This document shows positions 33,477 to 41,439 of a stretch of 41,439 bases of DNA, piece after piece. Origin of the DNA: Mesotaenium endlicherianum (lineage: Eukaryota). The notes under the pieces were generated by a model. That model saw only the letters and a program-made list of their open reading frames with translations, was not told the origin of the DNA and did no database searches. A program made the position numbers and the translations under genes. The first letter of the stretch is position 1. Every line of letters starts with the position of its first letter. The DNA lies in contig WELA01002336.1 in assembly GCA_009602735.1 (NCBI GenBank), positions 187,853-229,291 of the forward strand, in the 5' to 3' direction.

Positions 33477-36400
33477 ATGGCTTCTGCATCGGGTGCATGC
33501 TGTGAGCCTGCGCCTCCATCAGGGCAGGTCCCTGGCGGCAGAACAGAGAAATGGGATGATCTTGACATTTACATTAACGGCCCGGAAGATGCTAAAGCTG
33601 CAGTCATCTTCATCACTGACGTTTTTGGTGCGTTCAAGCGGCTTTGCATTTGCAATTTGTCAACAGGTGCTAGGAGATGATGGCAGCTCAAAGGAGAAGT
33701 GCATGATGATGCCTATTTGCAAGAAACTTATCCTGCTTCAGCTGCATTTTCTTCTTCAGCAGCTACTCTGCAATTTAGATGTAGTCCATGAGTCCAGGTA
33801 GGAAAAAGTAGCGCAGAAAGGTCGGGAGCTATCTTGAGCCTTTGTCCGCAGGTTATGGTCATCACAGATGGAAATGACCTCAATAAGAATTCTTCCCTTA
33901 TGAATGGCGACAATATAGGGGGGAGTGATCAGCTCTGAGATAATGTACTTCATAGTCACATGTTAAACACTGGCCGTCGGAGACTTCCGTTTTATGAACT
34001 TAGAAGCACTTCTGACATGCTTCATGTTTGTTGATGAGGGTCCAGGATGGGAGGTGCCTCAGATGAGGTGATTACTCTATCTCCTACTCTTTAGCCCTGG
34101 TCCATTTTGTGCCCAAGTTTGAGTTACGTTATGCTTTGCATGTTCCGGTCAACCTGTCGAACATGTCGTTGTGTATGCAAAATTGCTCAAGTTCTGGTAC
34201 TGACACTCTAAATGCAAGCATGCAAAGCTCATCTTTGAAATTATCCAGTCCGTCCCCAGATGCATGAAGCTGGAAGGGAGTGCTACTATGTCTGCTTGAT
34301 GCATATAGTGGCAGTTATACGCCACTATAACTTCCACAAACTGGCTGCTCCGTATTTTTTGAGTTGGCACTGCATGCAAGGCAGGCAATGTGGATATTGT
34401 AATTCTTTCCCTAGGCTTCTTGTCTGCACGAAGTCCTCTGGTTGCTCCCTCAGCTTCTGCGCTCCTCCTCACAGCTTCTGCTTCTGAGCAAGTATGCCCT
34501 TGTTCTGCCGCGACATCAAAAATGGGCTTAATTCAGACTCATTGCCGGACCGATGGTTTCGCATTTCTTTGCTTCAAGTGCAACAACGAAGCAGGCTGTG
34601 CCCACACGGATGCTGCCCGGGGTAGTTCATGTCTTCATTGTATGCGCCACGAGGCAGTACGAGCCATCTTGTCCTGTAATCACGACGATTCGTCTGCTTG
34701 TGCACTCCCTGCATGTGGAGGTTCGAGAAGAGTGGTGATGTGCTATCTCGGTACAGCCTCTGGTTGACCTGGCATGGTCTCTCAATGGCCGTGCATACTA
34801 GATGCAGTAGCGATCTGCAGAAACTGGTCTCTTGTTTGACAAGTAGCTGCGTCGCTGGTCGCTGTCCTGTGATGGGCAGAAAGATAGCCGACTACGTGGC
34901 GGCCAATGGAATGCTGGCAGCTGTCCCGGACTTCTTGCACGGCGATCCTCTCTCTGGGGGGCTGCAGGGCTTTCCGGCCTGGATCGCCAAGCATTCACCT
35001 GTAAGAGCAGCCATGACAGACTCTCAGTGTGGTGCACACCTTGCCGCTCTTCCTGTCCGTCGGAGAACAGAGCTTTCCAGATGATTGGTGGATGATACAC
35101 TTTCTTTTGAATCAATTGGGGGAGAGTACAGTCAGAACTCTCCCCTCGATGCTCGCCAGAGCAGGCGTTGGTTGTGCGCAGAATTCTGCGGGGGGTGCGG
35201 GAAGAATGGAGAGCGGCTCTCTCTCTTAGATGGACACGTCGCTTGAAAGGGTTCCTCACGCAAAGCCTGCGGTCTGTGATTTTCGTTGCTGGATTTCGAC
35301 GACGACGAGACACAGGGGTAGGCGAAGGCGGAACTAGACTAGGACAAGACTCTTGAGTGTATGTGTTTGTGTGACCTACTCCGATCACTCATCCAGGGGC
35401 CCAATTTTTTTCTTCCATGTCATGCTCCCGCTCTCGGGAGCAGAACCTTTGGGCAGTCTTTTTGGATCAAACACTTCCTGTTTTCTCTGTTTCCCCTGCG
35501 GTTACATTCGCCCCAAAAGCAACAGTGGCGAAGAAAGTAATTGGGCTCCCTGTCCACTACCGGCCTTCCTCCGCACTCCCCTGGTTGCCAGCTGGCACCG
35601 TCTGCTTCCTTGAACGTGCTTCTATGCCTCTCACTTCACCTCTCCATGGATCCAAAGCCAGGGCCACAAAAATTCGGAAGATCGAATCTCGTGTGACCCA
35701 TCAGACCCGCAAGCCCCACGGCGGACTTGTGATGGGCCAGCAAGTGGGTGGCAATGTCCCCTCGTCCGTTTGGGGGGGCTGTGCTGCCTCCTGACTGGCT
35801 TCTGCAGACTGGGTGAGTGGCGGCAGGAAGGGGAGGTTCCCAACGTGAGGAAGGTGGCGACGAGGCTGCGGGGGGAGCATGGCATTCGAGCCATCGGCGT
35901 CGCCGGCTTCTGCTGGGGAGGTGTGCACTCGCGCTGCTTTCTCTGAGAACTTGTATGCATGTGCGGGTGTTTCTGTGTCGTTCTCTCCTGTGCAGTGCGA
36001 GGGTAGTTAGAGAGGGAGCAGAGTGCGTGCGCCTACTGAGTCGTGTCTGCGTACGCCTTCCTGTGTGCTTGCATGCGTGTGCCCGCGCATGCAGTGTGTG
36101 CCTGTGTGTGGTTGTTGGCGAGCGTGTGTGCGTGCGTGGCCGTCATAACTCCTCACCAAGATTTGTGACGACTGTGTGCTCACTCCCCTGCATGTAGTCA
36201 CATAAACGCCCGCTTCATACCATCCACGGGCCACGTCGTGACGTTTCGCCTGCTCCAATTTCCCTTCGTCTGCACAGTTTCTCTTACATGCCCCCGGCCA
36301 GGATGTCCTGCCGCTCTCTCCGGCTGTGCACATGCGTAACAGACCCTTCCCTCTCCCGCTGTGAGCAGGCAAAGTGGCGGTCTTGTCGGCCAAGGCGGGC

Positions 36401-37768
36401 GAGGATCTTGTCCAGGCCGTGGCAATGTTCCATCCTTCTAGAGTTGACCCTGACGACATCCGAGGTACCCCATGCATGCCTCCTCCATCCTGATGATCGC
36501 CACCCCTGCGCAACATTTGACCAACGCACCGTACCCCCCCACCCTCCCCGCCCCGGCCGCCTCACCCCCATTCTCCCCCCCCCTTCTCACCTCCTGCTAG
36601 GCCCCCCACCTCACTCTTCCAATGCATGTCTGTGTGGACATCTGCGGGTGTCTGGTCTGGTCTGGAGGCGTGTGTCCCGCTTAGGGTGCGAAAAGATCCG
36701 GGTGCATCGCTCGGAACGGCCCCCTCTGTTCACACTTCCTTGAAAGTTCCGTCCCACGTTGGGATGGGGCTACACATCCTCAGGTTCTTCTAATTTGGTG
36801 GGGCATATTATACATTCACGCCCTTTCAGCTTTCTTCCGTCCATTATGAAGCAAGTAGTTGCCACAGCAATCCAATGTCTTGGCCACCTACAAGTTCCCA
36901 TCCTGCAGGAAGTTGCAGCCCCCATCCTGCTATTCTTGTTTTGCTATGATTGCTTGTGGGGGTATGTGTACTGCATCAGCACTCATCGCTCCCTCTCCCC
37001 CTCGACTCCCCCTCCTCCCCCGCCCCCCCCCTCCCCCCGGCGGGCTCTCCCTTCTTCTCTCTCTTTCTATGTATATGTATATGTTCACATATGTGAAGTG
37101 TCTGTTAACAAAAGCGTGAGACTGTGCGTATCTGTATCCCTGTGACGTGCCCTAAATCTGTGGACCACGGGGCGGCACGCGGTATTGCAGCTTTGAAGGT
37201 GCCGCTGGCAGTGCTGGGGGCGGAAGTGGACGAGCGCACACCGCCCTCTCTTGTTGCAGACTTCAAAGCCATCATGGCCGACAAAGAGGTGTGTGTGTGT
37301 GTGTGTGTGTACGCGCCGTATCTTGAGTGCCACCCTTCCTTTTACATCGTGACTGGTGGCAGCATCTTGCATGCTGTGCGGTGAATGCCCAACTCTATGG
37401 TCGGCAGATGAACAGCGTTCCAAGCATGTGCCTAGCTTTCTTTAAGAGCCTAGAGGCTGCCCGAGACAGGCACCATATAGGCAAGTGTCATTCCAGACCC
37501 CTGACTTGATCTGGAGCAATGCGGAGTGCCTCTTTTTGCTTTTTCTTTCAATGAAGGTTCATGTAGTCCAACACGTCCTTGTTGCATTTCTTCTGGCACC
37601 TCCTCTCTCCGGCTGCAGGTGGGCCCCAAGAGCTTCTTCAGAGTGTTCCCGAAAGTGGCGCACGGATTTGCTGTGAGGTACGACCCCGACAACAACGAGG
37701 CGTCGGACGCAGCAGCTCAAGCTCATGCAGACATGCTCAACTTTTTCAAGAGGAACCTGTTGATTTGA
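33477..37768 (+). CDS. Dienelactone hydrolase family alpha/beta-hydrolase (AIM2/'endo-1,3;1,4-beta-D-glucanase'-like), 243 aa, 7 exons
   Basis: Exons 33477-33627, 34046-34067, 34880-35000, 35827-35920, 36369-36464, 37191-37288 and 37619-37768 give one open frame. Motifs: ITDVFGWE, VPDFLHGDP, GVAGFCWGG (nucleophile Cys), GAEVD, FPKVAHGFAVR. Confidence 0.92.
37289..37310 (+). repeat. (GT)n microsatellite starting at a splice donor
   Basis: (GT)11 begins with the donor GT of hydrolase exon 6. Confidence 0.85.
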
Positions 37769-39384
37769 GCGTAGCCCGTCGTTGCTGAACCAAAATTAGA
37801 TCCTCGATTTCAATGGGGTTCCAAAACTAGATCCTCGATCTGAATCGAGTCAAAGTCCACATGTTGTGTTCTGGAAGCAAATGGTATTTCAGTAATGCAA
37901 ACATGGCAATGCACGTTTGCATAGTCTTTGTACTGACGGCTCAGTAGTAGAAACAGGGGGTTATCGTAGTGGCTTACGTCTGCGGGTGTGCTAGCGCAGT
38001 AAGCACGACCTTAGCCTTGGAAGTGGTGGCTTTTGGTCCTTAATGTTCCAATACAGTGGTGTTGCCAGGTCCAAAGAGTAAACCGATTCATCAATGTGCA
38101 GTTGAGCACAGGTATTCTTATAAGTGTACCTGTAAGACCTTGCATGCACCGATCAGGCACTTCCACTCTTTATTTCCTGCAACAACTGTGGCAGAAGGCC
38201 CATTGTTCAAAGTGTATGTTGCAGGCTTCATTGATCTGATATATATGTGGTCTCTTTTAGGACACGGCTAATGTATAGATGTAAAGCTTAGCCCTGCACC
38301 AACAGTACTGTACCTGGGATAAGCTCCTCATTTGTCTGGATGGACAAGATGATGTATGCAAATGACAGTCAAAGGTTTGATTTATTGCAGTCATAGATTG
38401 CGTGGGATCAAAGTGCTAAGGTGCTGTCTTGATGTTGATCATAGTAAACAGTGCAAAAACTAAGGTGTGCTGGATCCGAAATTGACGCGTGCATGTTGAC
38501 GCCTAATTCAGAGGGATTCATGAGCTGATGAAGGGATTTGCCCCACACCTGTCTTTTGACTAAACAGAAGACTTACCCTTTCGTAATTCTCTAATATGAA
38601 GAGGTGAGAGACGAGCTGACGTCAGCTGGTCGAACAACTACGAGGGTCACTGTGGAGAGCCGACTAGATGGCGAGAGACGGCATCATGGCCAGCTTACGT
38701 ATGAACGCACCCAGCTGGCACTGACACATTCAGTAACAGTCACGTTTGAAAGCTCATCATCTACATTGTCTGAGGGCCTTTATATATTCCTCTCATGAGA
38801 ACTCTCTCATGAGAGCTCTCTCATGGATCAGAAGGAGTTTGACATCGGGATTCCCAAGAAAGCATCTTAGGACAAAGTGTGCTCGCAAGCAGCTGGACAC
38901 GGCAATACAAAACACTAACTGACAGCAAGCAGGTCACCACATGCGCAAAGGCATGTGCGAACATGCATGAGGCATTCTCTTTTCGGTCCACGTGGCACGC
39001 ATTGACTGCTTTGACCAAAAAAAAGAGGACCCAATGATACTACTTTCTGCGTGCATAGATCAATGAGGTGCTCCCAAGCTCTACCGGCCTATGCGTATAT
39101 CGCGAGCCCAATCAAAAGGAAACCGGCCAAGTAGGCTTTCCAGCAAGTGAAGCAAACCTGTACCTCTACATCAGAGACTATCTACAGGTACACTGTGAGT
39201 GCCGACTGTTCACGAAGCAACAAGAATTCGCTAGTGCAGCCCTTCCAGCCGCCAGCTGTCCTCATACAAAAGCCCTCCGCAGCGGGGCTCCCCTCTCTCG
39301 TCCATACAGGATCTGCGCCCCTGTGCCCTCTCTTTTGTGTCTCTCTCTTGTTTCTCGTCCCCTCTGTCCACGCGCGCCGCCCCT

Positions 39385-39885
39385 TCAAGCTCTGTTGCGG
39401 TGGCCGTGCTTGACCTTGACCTCGATGAACAGGTGCACCTTGCGGCCAAAAAGCTTCTCGAGCTCCAGCCGCGCCTCCGTGCCTATCTGCCTGCGCTCCC
39501 CCATCCGACAGCAACAGCCCGCACAACACTTCTTCTGCTAAAGCTTATACACAATTCCCACACGTGTTCCTTGCACGCGCACAGTTACACACAAGCACGC
39601 GCACGCGCGCACGCACCCACGCACGCATGCACGCATACACGTACACTCGGTTTCTCCATCTTTCCCAGCGCTACCTTTCAAGGACCCATTCAGCAGGATG
39701 CGCGAGCCCACAGCAACCATGTCAATGACGTACGCAAGTGACAGAAATGCAGGCACAGCCACAGCCCCCGTAAGATACGCTATAGGACCAGCGCTGGTAG
39801 TCTCAGCAGAATCAAACAGCACTCGCATCAGCACCCGCAGCGGCACCCCATCAGAAGCTGACGCAGACCCAGCAGCAACAGCGCA

Positions 39886-39921
<36 letters not shown>

Positions 39922-40948
39922 GGCGACAGCGGTAGCAACGAGGGCAGCAGCAGCAGGACAGGGGCAGCGGCAACAGAGGCTGGGCAAGCAGCCTGCGTAC
40001 CGGATGGTGTTGCCGTTGTGGCCGACGGCGATGGCGCGCTGCGACGGCGTGCTCACCAGCAGCTGCTGCTCGATGCGCACGGCGCCCTCGTCCAGCTCCG
40101 TCCATGCCATATGGCGCTGCTCCGTCGTGTATGGCAGCTCCTGATTGGCCGTCACCGTCACCGCCCCCGCCACCGCCGCCGTCGCCATCGCCATGGTCCA
40201 AAGCACACACGCACACGCCCAGACCCGTAAGGGAAGGCAGGCGCACAATACTGTGGGCTGGGGATGAAGCGGGAGGATGAGGGCCGGAGAGGTAAGGGGG
40301 GATGGGGGGCAAGATGTGCGCAAGGTGGGAAAAGTAGACTTGAGCGATAAACGCAATGGGGAAGGGGGCGTTGCTTGCCATTGTGGTGGCCCCCCCATCC
40401 ATCACTAGAGAGGGACCCATGAGACGTGCACGAGCGTGTGGCATTTGAGTACACGCCTACTTGATAAATGTTGCACATTGCTCCTCTCTCTCTCCCTCTC
40501 TCTATGACTCCCACCGGTGTGCCGACACCCTCTCACAGGGTAAGAGCAGCCGCCATATGTCATGACGGAGCTCTCCACTGCCTATCACCCCCTCCTGCTC
40601 CCTCCCCGCGCAACCCATCCGCCAACCCCTCCGCCCGCCTGCGTGTGCAGAAGAAAATGGTCTGGGCATATGCGCCCATGCCCACACAAAAATTTCGTGC
40701 AGGCACTGAAGGAACACCTGGAATGCGACAGAGGGAGAGGGAGAAGGAGACAGACAGCGGCAGAGAGTTAGGCAGCCGCGGGGGCAACGGGGCAGAGGGC
40801 CAGCAAGCCAGGGGAGAGGAGGGGAGAGAGGGAGCCCCACCTTGTGCAGGCGCTCGAAGAAGCGCTCGCGTACGATTTCCAGCGCCATGGTGGCGCCGCT
40901 CTGTGTGGTGACGTGCCGCGGGTCCTGCTCCCACGGCCTCGTCACCGC
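39385..40948 (-). CDS. era: Era/ERG-like GTPase, last three exons (KH domain); 5' exons lie outside the window
   Basis: Exons 40948-40841 (AVTRPWEQDP...ALEIVRERFFERLHK), 40140-40001 (ELPYTTEQRHMAW...RIEQQLLVSTPSQRAIAVGHNGNTI) and 39490-39385 (RQIGTEARLELEKLFGRKVHLFIEVKVK...stop). Matches the type II KH domain of plant organellar Era-like proteins. Confidence 0.88.
39885..39920 (+). repeat. (GCA)n microsatellite in an Era-like intron
   Basis: About 11 consecutive GCA units. Confidence 0.85.
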
Positions 40949-41439
40949 CTGCTCTCCCCCCGCCCCCCCCCGCCAACCAAAACACAAACGCATACACACA
41001 CACGCACACACACGCGCGTGCAGACACACATGCACAGACACGAGGTGCGCACGCGCGCGCACAGCACAGCTGGTTAGTGGCAACATATGAAGGGCCCTGC
41101 GCCGAGCCATAGTTACACAAGCCACAAGGCCCACATACAGAGCGGGAACCGACGATTGAAGCAGGCAGCCAACGGTACGGACGGTGGGAATTGAGGTCTC
41201 GCAAAGGCCTCAGACTTGAGCACTGTATTTCCCTCGCTTCAAGTTTGACCAGACGGTTCCCCATGTCCTGTAGATCAATCCACTCACCTCTGCGATGATT
41301 TGGCGCCCATCACACGCACGACACTTCAGAAGAAGCGACGGAATTGCGCACAGTGGGAGACGAGCCAGAATCCCAAAAGCAGTCCCGTAAGGGTGGGGGG
41401 TGGCATCTTTGGCACCCCCCCCCACCCTCCCCCCCCTCC

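Noticed and set aside
38790..38825. Short tandem palindromes CTCTCATGAGAG
   Set aside because: Too short, with no context suggesting function.
41210..41439. Further Era-like exon
   Set aside because: No GTPase motifs in any frame; probably intron.

Overview
Eukaryotic nuclear DNA, most likely from a streptophyte and probably a streptophyte alga (spliceosomal introns, plant-type SIG5, ankyrin tandem-CCCH and ERG-like genes). The first ~13.9 kb is a nest of decayed retroelements. It holds a degenerate Ty3/Gypsy element (minus strand; gag-PR-RT-RH-INT) with a solo LTR inserted in pol, and a second LTR+PBS leading into an orphan ORF. Around these lie two ~0.9 kb diverged inverted arms (TG...CA, near-perfect 5-bp TSD), and the remnant of a C5-cytosine DNA methyltransferase follows the left arm. 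The rest is genic: a 5-exon SIG5-like plastid sigma factor (+), an ankyrin + tandem CCCH zinc-finger (TZF) gene (-), a multi-exon TPR protein gene (-), a 7-exon dienelactone hydrolase-family gene (+) and the last three exons of an Era/ERG-like GTPase (-). The most striking observation is that the TPR gene runs straight into the TZF gene. Its stop lies at most 197 nt from the TZF ATG, and a Cys/Trp-rich 60-codon frame ends in an ATGA overlap with the TZF start, which suggests a bicistronic or uORF-type regulatory unit. All alignments and exon calls were made by eye; three assembly gaps limit certainty.
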